A DNA stretch of 64,000 nt from a virus. Lineage: Duplodnaviria; Heunggongvirae; Uroviricota; Caudoviricetes. Location: the IMG/VR virus record IMGVR_UViG_3300037455_000543, positions 315,136-379,135 of that record, one strand, 5' to 3'. A program made the position numbers and the translations under genes. The notes beneath the pieces are model-generated. The model ran no database searches, was not told the DNA's origin, and was given only the letters and a program-made list of their open reading frames with translations. Positions within the stretch are counted from its first letter, which is position 1. Every line of letters begins with the position of its first letter. This document shows positions 1-8,249 of the stretch, in pieces.

Positions 1-300
1 TTCATAGGGGTCAGGGTCCATGTAACTGGAGAGCCACATTCTGATGATTCCAGAACAACCGTTTTCCCGGAATGCTCGCTTGAATTCACCAATGAGCTCT
101 TTCAGCTGTTCGTCGTTTTCGTAACCGCCTTGCATTTCCCAGCGAATTCCCAAGTCATACTTTTCTTTCTTCGGGTCATCAGGAATCCACATATCATAAG
201 TTTCGTAATAGGAAGTTCCAGGCATTCGAGATGTGTTGATGCACTTAGGGTCGAACTTATCTTTCCAATGAAGGACCTTGACTTCTTTCATATTTGCCAT
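1..300 (-). CDS. Hypothetical protein, runs off window (MANMKEVKVLHW...)
   Basis: Manually translated open frame from ATG at 300; AAGGGG SD upstream. Confidence 0.7.
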   Translation of the reverse strand, partial: MANMKEVKVLHWKDKFDPKCINTSRMPGTSYYETYDMWIPDDPKKEKYDLGIRWEMQGGYENDEQLKELIGEFKRAFRENGCSGIIRMWLSSYMDPDPYE

Positions 301-318
301 TGTTTATTTCCCCTTTGA

Positions 319-471
319 TTAGTCGACAGACTTCTTTGCAGTTACAAACTTTCTTTTCTTTCGCCAGCACTTGACACAGCAAGCATAACCCATACGAGGC
401 CAGATCAGACCAAGCTGGTTTGCATACTTGATGTTGTTTTTGCATTCGGTGCAGGGAAGATTCATTTTCAT
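319..471 (-). CDS. Small Cys-rich protein (CxxC...CxxC), 50 aa
   Basis: Manual translation MKMNLPCTECKNN...CCVKCWRK; GAGG SD and cassette promoter upstream. Confidence 0.6.
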   Translation of the reverse strand: MKMNLPCTECKNNIKYANQLGLIWPRMGYACCVKCWRKKRKFVTAKKSVD

Positions 472-641
472 AAGTAACCTCATTGTTATACTTATAATAT
501 AGTATTTTTATTGGACTTTGTAAGTAATAATTCTGAATTTTCTTACACTCAGTTTTTACTTGTAGAGCCAGCTAGCCACATATGCAGGGTAAAAGAAAAC
601 GGTCAGCCGGAGCCGACCGTCTTTGGAGGTTAACTAGGACA

Positions 642-1418
642 CTAAGCCTTGATAGTTCCCTTGACTTCGATGTCGCCAACCTTGGTGGTGAATTCGTTAT
701 CAGCGTGAATCTTCAGCACCTTCATGTTGTAGAGCAGTTCGTTGAGCTTCTTGTAATCGCCAACCTGCTTACCGGTCATAGCTGTCTTCAGATTCTTTGC
801 TGCGTTCGTAGTCTTCGAGGAAAGTCCCTTCAAGTTGACCTTGATTTCGGTATTTGCTTCCACGACAGTGCGGTTAGTCACCGGCTTGTTGTAATAACCG
901 TCCGGACGAAGACCGAGATAGTTCAGTCGAATCTGTTCCGGGGACATAGCCGGCTTGGGCTGTGCAGTCTTGAACAGGCTTGCCACGAACTTGTTGACCG
1001 ATGCGTTGAAGACTTCCTTGACATCCACAGCGGTCTTGTCAGTCAACGGGAACTGACCGAGATTGACGATGTTGTTCTTGACCGGGACAGTCAGTCGACC
1101 CTGTTCCCACTTATCTTTCGTCATCATCAGGAACTGTTGCTTGAGTTCGCCGTTCTTGACGATAGTAATCGTCCTCATCTGCTTGCAACGGTGTTCCGTG
1201 CCGTTTGCTTCAATCATCTTGCCCGGAATGTCGAACTTGATGTTCAGGTTTCCGGTAGATGCATATTCAACCGAATGAATCGGCCAGCATTCGGTATCGG
1301 CAACGAAACGAGTTCCGTTATCCGCGACTTCGGTGATATTGGAATTGTCGTAGTTGTCGAACGGCTTGCATGCGACGTTAGAGTTTTTGATGGCGGTGAG
1401 AGCTTCGAAAATTGTCAT
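642..1418 (-). CDS. Hypothetical protein
   Basis: ORF track, start moved to MTIFEAL after AAGAGG SD; terminator hairpin at ~590-620. Confidence 0.8.
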   Translation of the reverse strand: MTIFEALTAIKNSNVACKPFDNYDNSNITEVADNGTRFVADTECWPIHSVEYASTGNLNIKFDIPGKMIEANGTEHRCKQMRTITIVKNGELKQQFLMMTKDKWEQGRLTVPVKNNIVNLGQFPLTDKTAVDVKEVFNASVNKFVASLFKTAQPKPAMSPEQIRLNYLGLRPDGYYNKPVTNRTVVEANTEIKVNLKGLSSKTTNAAKNLKTAMTGKQVGDYKKLNELLYNMKVLKIHADNEFTTKVGDIEVKGTIKA

Positions 1419-1648
1419 AGTGTTTAACCTCTTGTTGATGTGTATAATATAGTAAATCATAGGCCTGTTGTCAATGGTTCTATTCTGAACATTTTTCTTC
1501 AGTCATCCAGGCAGTCTATACATGTAAGGCCAGTTAGCTACATGGTTTACATGACTTACTCCGGGTATATGAAAAAAACCAGTCTCTCGGGGTAGAGAAA
1601 CTGGTTTACCTGGTCGAAGGGGGTAAAGGAGATAAAGTGACCAGGGTT

Positions 1649-1957
1649 TTAGATTTCTTCTTTTTCAGCCTTCTGACGCTTGAGCAAAGCCTGTCGCTGA
1701 CGGTAATGCTGCAAACCGAGATCCATGTTCTTCTTGCTGAAACAGCCAGCCCAGAACGGTGCAGACTTCACCATCTTCTTGAGCATGTCCGGTGTGATAG
1801 AACCGGCAATACCGAAACGAGAGTTGAAGTATTCGGCACTGATACCGTGACCGACGTTCTTTTCGGCTTCGGCAACGACCATTCGGTAAAGAGCGTCATT
1901 GCTACCGGTGAACTTTTGAACTTTCTTGGAACAGAGAATTTGACGAAGACTAGACAT
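1649..1957 (-). CDS. Hypothetical basic protein
   Basis: ORF, SD, own promoter. Confidence 0.75.
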   Translation of the reverse strand: MSSLRQILCSKKVQKFTGSNDALYRMVVAEAEKNVGHGISAEYFNSRFGIAGSITPDMLKKMVKSAPFWAGCFSKKNMDLGLQHYRQRQALLKRQKAEKEEI

Positions 1958-2138
1958 AAATAACCTCTTTTGTTGATGTCTTGTTTTATTGTATACTACA
2001 ATATAGTAAAATGTGACTCACCTGTCAATGCGTTCTTTATTGAATAATTTATACAGTTAACCTTAATAGAACCGGTAGATTAAAAGAAAACCGGATGTCC
2101 AAATGACACCCGGTCTTCAGGAGGTTACTTATGGGAAT

Positions 2139-2519
2139 TTACTTTGACATCTTTTCGTTTACAGCTTGCCTGACCTCATGTACCCTGGCTTTTACGGTTG
2201 ATTTCGATTTTTCAGTTTGGGCATTGATTGAATCGACTGCTTTATCTTTCTGTTCTTTCAGACCTTTCACAACTGAATCCGCCTTATTGAGAACGGCTTC
2301 TGTCGCTGAATCCTTGACTTCTGTCGCCTTTGCTGAGACGTCATTCATGACTTCTGTCGTTCCGTCCTTGATTGCATCCGCTACGGAGTCGACGACATTG
2401 TGGGTTGCAGAAACGAAAGCTTCAGTGTTCTTGGGATTATTCGAGAATCCCTGATATGCGAAATAACCGCCGATTGCGATTGCTGCGAGAAGTGCGATGG
2501 TTGCGAGGAACTTTAACAT
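2139..2519 (-). CDS. Membrane-anchored or secreted helical protein
   Basis: N-terminal hydrophobic segment, amphipathic A/K/D/E body. Confidence 0.75.
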   Translation of the reverse strand: MLKFLATIALLAAIAIGGYFAYQGFSNNPKNTEAFVSATHNVVDSVADAIKDGTTEVMNDVSAKATEVKDSATEAVLNKADSVVKGLKEQKDKAVDSINAQTEKSKSTVKARVHEVRQAVNEKMSK

Positions 2520-2709
2520 ATTTTTTATCTCCTGTTGTTAGTTGTTCGTTGTTGATTATAATATAGTTAATTGAATTACCTTTATACATATATCACTTAG
2601 TAGAATTATTTGTCAGTCAACTTAACTGAATCCGGCTTAACGAAATGTATGTATAAAAAAGAAACCACGGAATTAACCGTGGTTCCAGGTCACAGGACCG
2701 AGAGTCTTG

Positions 2710-3249
2710 TTAGCCGAAGATGGTCTTCAGCAAGTTCACAATCTGCGGAGCCTTTTCCTTGATGTCCTTAGCAACCTTGACAAACTGGTCTTCAGTTTCC
2801 GGTTCAGTTTCCGGTTCCTGTGCAGTTTCAAGTTCGTCGTCCTGGAGTTCAAGGTCAGTTTCCGGGTCGAATTCCGGTTCCGGTTCAATTGCACCGGCGA
2901 CGGTTTCAGCTTCCGGATTTTCTTCCACCTTGCCGACCAGTCCGTCCATTGCACGCTTGTCAGCATCGGCATAAGCCTTGCGGAGACCTGCGAGGATGTC
3001 GTCGACCTGAGCATCGGTCAGTTCGTCCTTGTGTTCCTTGACCAGTTCGAGGGCGGAACGGGCTTCAGTCTGCAGCTTTTCGAGTTCGTCGTCGGTCGGC
3101 TGGATGAGTGCGAGAATCATGCCGTTGCTGGATGCTTCGTTGAGCACCATAGCAATTGCCTTGATTGCTGCAATCTTCTTGTCCTTCGGAGCAGACTTCG
3201 GAGTGCGAAGAGCGGTGATTGCGTTGAGAATTTCGGTTGCGTTTGCCAT
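2710..3249 (-). CDS. Acidic hypothetical protein with EPE repeats
   Basis: ORF, SD, promoter. Confidence 0.8.
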   Translation of the reverse strand: MANATEILNAITALRTPKSAPKDKKIAAIKAIAMVLNEASSNGMILALIQPTDDELEKLQTEARSALELVKEHKDELTDAQVDDILAGLRKAYADADKRAMDGLVGKVEENPEAETVAGAIEPEPEFDPETDLELQDDELETAQEPETEPETEDQFVKVAKDIKEKAPQIVNLLKTIFG

Positions 3250-3353
3250 AATTTAACCTCTTGTTGTTTGGCGTTGTTGTTTTCGTTGATGATTATAATA
3301 TAGAAAAAGGGGTGGGGATTTTAAACGGATCCCCTAACCGAATTTTTTACCAG

Positions 3354-3572
3354 TTAGCCCTGGACCGGAGCAACAGCTTCCGCAGTCGGGGCCTTCGGTG
3401 CCTTGGGTGCCTTAAAGACAACCTTGACCAACTTAGCCTTACCGTCTTCGACGACCGGATGAGCGATGGTCACGCGGTTCGCCGTGTAGCGAAGCATGAT
3501 GTCCTGCTTGGTGAGACCGCCGTCGATGAGGGACTGGATGTGTGCCTTGGCCTGTTCAGTGTAGTTCTTCAT
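3354..3572 (-). CDS. Hypothetical protein
   Basis: ORF, AAGGAG SD. Confidence 0.75.
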   Translation of the reverse strand: MKNYTEQAKAHIQSLIDGGLTKQDIMLRYTANRVTIAHPVVEDGKAKLVKVVFKAPKAPKAPTAEAVAPVQG

Positions 3573-3701
3573 AGTGATTTACTCCTTGAGTTTGTTTTGT
3601 TTGTTGATGTTTTGTTTTGTTGATGTGCTTAATATAGTTAATTTCGTAAGCTTTGTCAATGCGTTTGTGAAGCATTATTTTTTCGCAGTCAACCTTGAGG
3701 T

Positions 3702-3869
3702 TTAGTCTTCAGTTTCGTCTTCAGACACCCATTCAGTTGTACGACACATATCTTCAACTGCATATTCACTCATCTCAGACAAGCATTCGCGAGCAACGGT
3801 TTCCCAATCGAGTTCACCGCTTTCACACTTAGCAAGCAGAGCATTCGTGTATTTTCTTACGTTAACCAT
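3702..3869 (-). CDS. Small acidic protein, 55 aa (MVNVRKYTNALL...)
   Basis: Manual translation; GAGG SD and promoter. Confidence 0.7.
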   Translation of the reverse strand: MVNVRKYTNALLAKCESGELDWETVARECLSEMSEYAVEDMCRTTEWVSEDETED

Positions 3870-3949
3870 ATTAACCTCATCGTTATGTGCATAATATAGA
3901 AAAAACGAGCTTAATTGAAAGCCCGTTCTATCTTAATATTTTTCCCCAG

Positions 3950-4171
3950 TTATCTCATGTTAAAGGCATCCAGTAATCCGGAGTAGTCCTCGTCAATCTG
4001 TGCCTTCTTAACAGATCTTCTATACTGTGGTGGTTTATAATAACTCTTTTTCTTTTTCGGATGTCTCTGAGTTAATATATATCTGGTTCTTGGCTGTCTG
4101 CGTGCAGAGAGGTTGATTACAGGTTCATCCAGGAGTTCGTCAAGTATTTCAAATATGTCAAATATATTCAT
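3950..4171 (-). CDS. Hypothetical protein
   Basis: ORF, probable start MNIFDIFE. Confidence 0.55.
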   Translation of the reverse strand: MNIFDIFEILDELLDEPVINLSARRQPRTRYILTQRHPKKKKSYYKPPQYRRSVKKAQIDEDYSGLLDAFNMR

Positions 4172-4245
4172 ATTATTATATATGAAAAACCCATGGAGAA
4201 TTAACTCCATGGGAAACAAATGACCAACAAAAGGACAAATTATGG

Positions 4246-4536
4246 TCAAATCTTACTCAATGTCGCTTGTATCTCTGTATCTGCATATAGTTCCCAGAAA
4301 TCTGGTTTATCCTGGTTTGCAAGAAGATCCAGCAACAACATATCCCACATGGGATTAACGGGATTATCAATCATCTCATTGATGACGATATCAATCTCAT
4401 GTTCAGAATAAAGCTTTACAAGATTCTTGTATGCGTTATCAGTCGCAATGACTGGAACATTACGATACTTAAGAGAATTTGCGACAATATTCTTTAAACG
4501 GTTAATCTCGTTATAATAGATGTCATTCGTAATCAT
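4246..4536 (-). CDS. Hypothetical protein
   Basis: ORF directly after promoter. Confidence 0.65.
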   Translation of the reverse strand: MITNDIYYNEINRLKNIVANSLKYRNVPVIATDNAYKNLVKLYSEHEIDIVINEMIDNPVNPMWDMLLLDLLANQDKPDFWELYADTEIQATLSKI

Positions 4537-4601
4537 AATCTTAATATAATAAAATGCAGGGTCAATGTAAACCCTACATATTCTATTTAGCCACCTTCAG
4601 T

Positions 4602-4787
4602 TTACTTAACAGAAAGAACCAACTTTAATACTTGAAGTTCGGCAATTCTCGCTTTCAAATCTCTGACTCGCATCTCGTAGACGAACCTCAGAGATTCCAG
4701 AGCGGAGTTCTTAGGTAAAACACCAGAGTTAATGATCTTGATTGCGTTTTCGAATTTTTCTTTCTTTTCAATGAGTTCTTTAATCAT
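4602..4787 (-). CDS. Small coiled-coil protein
   Basis: ORF, GGAG SD. Confidence 0.65.
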   Translation of the reverse strand: MIKELIEKKEKFENAIKIINSGVLPKNSALESLRFVYEMRVRDLKARIAELQVLKLVLSVK

Positions 4788-4851
4788 TGAGTATCTCCAT
4801 TAGTTAAGGTTTATACTATATTATCGTATTTGGAGATAAAAATGTAAAGTA

Positions 4852-5007
4852 TTATAATATATCTGTCAATATCATTATACCTAGAATAAGGAATACGACA
4901 AACATTGCAGCTACAATACTACCTGCTGACGTTCCATAAATGAATGCTTCTGCATTTCCAGCATTCTGGGCAGCTGTGATCACCATCGCGGTCTGTAAGT
5001 CATGCAT
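4852..5007 (-). CDS. Small membrane protein, 51 aa
   Basis: Manual translation MHDLQTAM...IVAAMFVVFLILGIMIL; AAGGAGG SD. Confidence 0.6.
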   Translation of the reverse strand: MHDLQTAMVITAAQNAGNAEAFIYGTSAGSIVAAMFVVFLILGIMILTDIL

Positions 5008-5079
5008 AATCGCCTCCTTGTTTTATTTATCTATTGAGGGTCCTCTAAAAATAACAAAACCCTGTGACCATCATCACAG

Positions 5080-5162
5080 GGTTCCGACATTGTTTCCAAC
5101 CCGAGGTCAATATCGGCAAACCTCGCCGGGCTGGTCAAAAAGGAGCCACCAGACACCGGAAT
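5080..5162 (-). ncRNA. Candidate small four-way-junction RNA after tRNA-Thr
   Basis: TTCCGG/TCGGAA closing stem, CTGGT/ACCAG, CGAGGT/ACCTCG, GTTG-GAAA-CAAT; then terminator CCCTGTGA/TCACAGGG-TTTT. Confidence 0.4.
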
Positions 5163-5173
5163 TCAAAAATGGA

Positions 5174-5289
5174 TGGTAGCAATGGCAGGACTCGAACCTA
5201 CAACCCGCTGGTTACAAGCCAAAAATAGGAACAGTCAATGCATTACTGCGGACAGTAAGTAAGCTGCTCTACCATTGAGCTACATTGCA
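5174..5289 (-). tRNA. tRNA-Thr(UGU) with a 41-nt insertion in the anticodon stem
   Basis: Acceptor GCAATG/CATTGC, D arm GCTC/GAGC, T arm GTAGG-TTCGAGT-CCTGC, encoded CCA; removing 5221-5261 restores GCTGG-CTTGTAA-CCAGC. Confidence 0.8.
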
Positions 5290-5366
5290 CCATCTGCAAA
5301 AGTAGGCGGGGTGTATGAACCGTAAAAATAATTGTTATTAATAGGAACACCCTGTGCCTTAATTTC

Positions 5367-5567
5367 TTAGTCACACTCTCGGTTGATGATATACTTCTGC
5401 TTGATTTCATCAGGAGCATCAATCAGTTCAACCTTGATGTCACCAACTGCTTCCTTCTGAACATCAGCCAGCATGATTTCCTTTGCGGCATCATACTCTT
5501 CATCTGTTGCACTATCAGGCAATGCGAATTGGCGCTTTACAGTGTAAGTTACTTCAAACTTCTTCAT
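5367..5567 (-). CDS. Hypothetical protein
   Basis: ORF, AAGGAG SD. Confidence 0.75.
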   Translation of the reverse strand: MKKFEVTYTVKRQFALPDSATDEEYDAAKEIMLADVQKEAVGDIKVELIDAPDEIKQKYIINRECD

Positions 5568-5654
5568 TATTTATTCTCCTTTCGTTGTTGATTGTATTGT
5601 TAATATAATAAATTATTCTACTCTTGTAAACCCTCAATGAGGGATTATTTTTTA

Positions 5655-5810
5655 TCAGTCATCCTCATCATCTTCTACCGGTTCCTCGTCATCGTAGACG
5701 GAATCATATCCGCATTCAGGACATTCCCATCCTTCAACCAACTGGTGATCGATATGCGGATCATCAGTAATCATTCTTTTGAGCTTTGCATCACAGTTAG
5801 GACATCTCAT
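5655..5810 (-). CDS. Zinc-ribbon protein, 51 aa
   Basis: Manual translation MRCPNC...WECPECGY; AAGGAG SD. Confidence 0.75.
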   Translation of the reverse strand: MRCPNCDAKLKRMITDDPHIDHQLVEGWECPECGYDSVYDDEEPVEDDEDD

Positions 5811-5822
5811 AGTTAATTCTCC

Positions 5823-6044
5823 TTAAAGGTTACCCATCCTGTTTTTCTGTAATGCGCTTAAAACAATTGCAGGCATTACTGCAAAATCTGTAATGTCAAC
5901 CTTCGTTTGCTGTGTAATGTCTTCAACACTATATGTTCCGGTTTCGGCAATAAAATCACCTACCTTACAAGCATCAGTTTCTGAAAGTTGTGTTTTAGAC
6001 GTTATTTCAACAGGAATAAATACCATTTTTGTAAATTCAGCCAT
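5823..6044 (-). CDS. Small protein, paralogue of 11044-11268 and 55533-55754
   Basis: MAEFTKMVFIPVEIT motif. Confidence 0.75.
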   Translation of the reverse strand: MAEFTKMVFIPVEITSKTQLSETDACKVGDFIAETGTYSVEDITQQTKVDITDFAVMPAIVLSALQKNRMGNL

Positions 6045-6280
6045 AATTAACTCCTTATTGGTTATGTTCTTAATATAGAAAAAGATGTGGCTATTGTAAA
6101 CCACATCCTTATCTTATATTCTGTTCAGTTATCTTATGGAAGTTCTATATGGAATACGAAATAACTGCTTCCCGGTTTATTCGTGATGTTAACAATTCTT
6201 CCGTCATATTCATTATACACGAACTGCAACATATCGAGTTCGTCTTTGGTAAGGTTAATCGAATATACCATTATTACTCC

Positions 6281-6697
6281 TTATAACTTATACATTGCAC
6301 AGATTTTAGTGAACATTTCAAATGCGGATTCTGCTTCATGAGGTTCATAAATGAAATACTTGGTACAGCCGACAGATTCTTCTTCGTTTTCGTATTCCAA
6401 GGAAATAACATATCCGTCCTTCAGAACTTCGTAACCGTTACCATTGTTTTTACTGTCCGACCACCGCATCTGTCTCAGCATACCCTTTTCAAGGAGTTCA
6501 AGAGTAACAAAGACATTGGAAAAATGGTTTGTCTTAACGGTTTTACCATGCTTAAATTCCGTGGTCGGAATATTGATTTTACCTTCAAAGTGATTCAACT
6601 TAATGGTATCGATATGGTCAAAGAAATCTTGTTCGTTTTCAATAAAAGTCTTTTTCTCAGAAACATATTCATCGAGTCGCATACTGTATTGAGCCAT
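6281..6697 (-). CDS. Hypothetical protein
   Basis: ORF, SD, promoter. Confidence 0.75.
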   Translation of the reverse strand: MAQYSMRLDEYVSEKKTFIENEQDFFDHIDTIKLNHFEGKINIPTTEFKHGKTVKTNHFSNVFVTLELLEKGMLRQMRWSDSKNNGNGYEVLKDGYVISLEYENEEESVGCTKYFIYEPHEAESAFEMFTKICAMYKL

Positions 6698-6783
6698 GGT
6701 TTAATCTCCTTATTGGTTATGTTTATAATATAGAAAAAGATGTGGCTATTGTAAGCCACATCCTTAAAGTTATTTTGCTTTAG

Positions 6784-7062
6784 TCAGCTATTCATTCGTT
6801 TCCGGAATTCCTTGAAGTCTTCAGATACCGGCATGTATTCACCATGAATATAGACAGTCTTATCGTCATCACCGTAATAGAATAACACGTCTTCTTGATA
6901 CATATCAGACGAAGTGACTCTTGCTTTGATGGTATTATTCTTATTCCACTGTTCACTTAACCAGTAGATATACATATCCGGCAAACGACGTTCAATAAGT
7001 TTTTTAGTCTTATTGACATCATGTTTTTCAGACCAGGGTTTGCGACATTCGTAATACGGCAT
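6784..7062 (-). CDS. Hypothetical protein
   Basis: ORF, GGAGG SD. Confidence 0.75.
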   Translation of the reverse strand: MPYYECRKPWSEKHDVNKTKKLIERRLPDMYIYWLSEQWNKNNTIKARVTSSDMYQEDVLFYYGDDDKTVYIHGEYMPVSEDFKEFRKRMNS

Positions 7063-7174
7063 AATTGCCTCCTTTAATTAAGGGTTATTACGTTATCATC
7101 GCTCTCCATATTATAATATAGAAAAAGATGTAGCCATTGTAAGCTACATCCTTAAGGTTGTTTTGTTTCAGTTA

Positions 7175-7594
7175 TCAATAATCATCGTGATAGGAACAGA
7201 CGAACCCCATGTGGTCGTATGCACGTTCTATTGCGTTCAACTTGTCACTTTCTTTCACAATGATCTTCTTTTGAAGTTTATCTTCCAGATAATAAAGTTC
7301 TTTACCTTTTGCTCCGATAAACAATCCTGGACGTCTTACCCAGATAGTAATTTTGTTCCATCCACGTCTTACCTTGACAATTCCACTGTCCTTCATGTAC
7401 GCATATGCCTTTTCCGGCGACCCGAAATGATTGATCATATTATAATACATGGAGATAAGAATTGTCTCTGCTGGAAAGATAAAGCGATAAACCGCTCGGA
7501 AAAAGAGATAGGTATAGACTTTGATGTCATCCCAGAGAGTGATCTTGATTCCGAGACGTTCAGACCGTTCTTTTCTTGATTCGCTTCCAAACAT
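7175..7594 (-). CDS. KH-domain (type II, S3-like) RNA-binding protein
   Basis: ITIWVRRPGLFIGAKGKEL with GxxG loop. Confidence 0.65.
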   Translation of the reverse strand: MFGSESRKERSERLGIKITLWDDIKVYTYLFFRAVYRFIFPAETILISMYYNMINHFGSPEKAYAYMKDSGIVKVRRGWNKITIWVRRPGLFIGAKGKELYYLEDKLQKKIIVKESDKLNAIERAYDHMGFVCSYHDDY

Positions 7595-7612
7595 ATTAGA
7601 CTCCTGTTTGAA

Positions 7613-8164
7613 CTATTTTGTTGAAATATTATAATTACCAGACCATGCTTGAAAATTACTTCTATCACCTGATGATGGTATAATGGATAATATAGTTCCA
7701 GTGCATTCAATAGAATCCATACCTCCATGCCAAACACCATCTATTGAATTTGAACTTTCTTGCTGTTCATAAGCATTAAAATAAAAATAAACTGTTTTAG
7801 TTGTATTTGTTTCAGATTTACCATTAACCATACATTTTATTGTATAGTTTATTGCTACTGACATGTTATATTCAGTATTATTTTTCATTACAAGGTGGGC
7901 ATAGTTTGAAGATTTTGTTATACCAACATATACTAAATCTGTCATGAAGTAATGTTTTTTAATTTCTGTTTTATTAGAAGATGATGATATCAACCAATTA
8001 TTATAATAAGATGATGAACTTAAAATATCACAGCCGAGCAACATATATTTTTCACAATCTGATTGATTTTCATAATTTTCAATATCAGATTCAGTTACAC
8101 TTGTTCCTGTATCAACAGCGCATCCATAAATAAATAGCATTAAACAAATAATTAAATATTTCAT
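7613..8164 (-). CDS. Putative lipoprotein
   Basis: MKYLIICLMLFIYG-C lipobox-like signal. Confidence 0.65.
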   Translation of the reverse strand: MKYLIICLMLFIYGCAVDTGTSVTESDIENYENQSDCEKYMLLGCDILSSSSYYNNWLISSSSNKTEIKKHYFMTDLVYVGITKSSNYAHLVMKNNTEYNMSVAINYTIKCMVNGKSETNTTKTVYFYFNAYEQQESSNSIDGVWHGGMDSIECTGTILSIIPSSGDRSNFQAWSGNYNISTK

Positions 8165-8249
8165 TATAACTCCTTTATTTTTATATAATATAGAAAAAGA
8201 TGACATTATTATAAATGTCATCTTTTAATTTTTTTCTATTCAGTTAACA

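Noticed and set aside
5221-5261. Archaeal bulge-helix-bulge or self-splicing intron
   Set aside because: The required 4-bp central helix does not form by eye, and 41 nt is too short for group I/II.
5290-5372. Thr-codon leader before tRNA-Thr
   Set aside because: A GTG-start frame has only scattered Thr codons, runs into the tRNA and lacks clear attenuator geometry.
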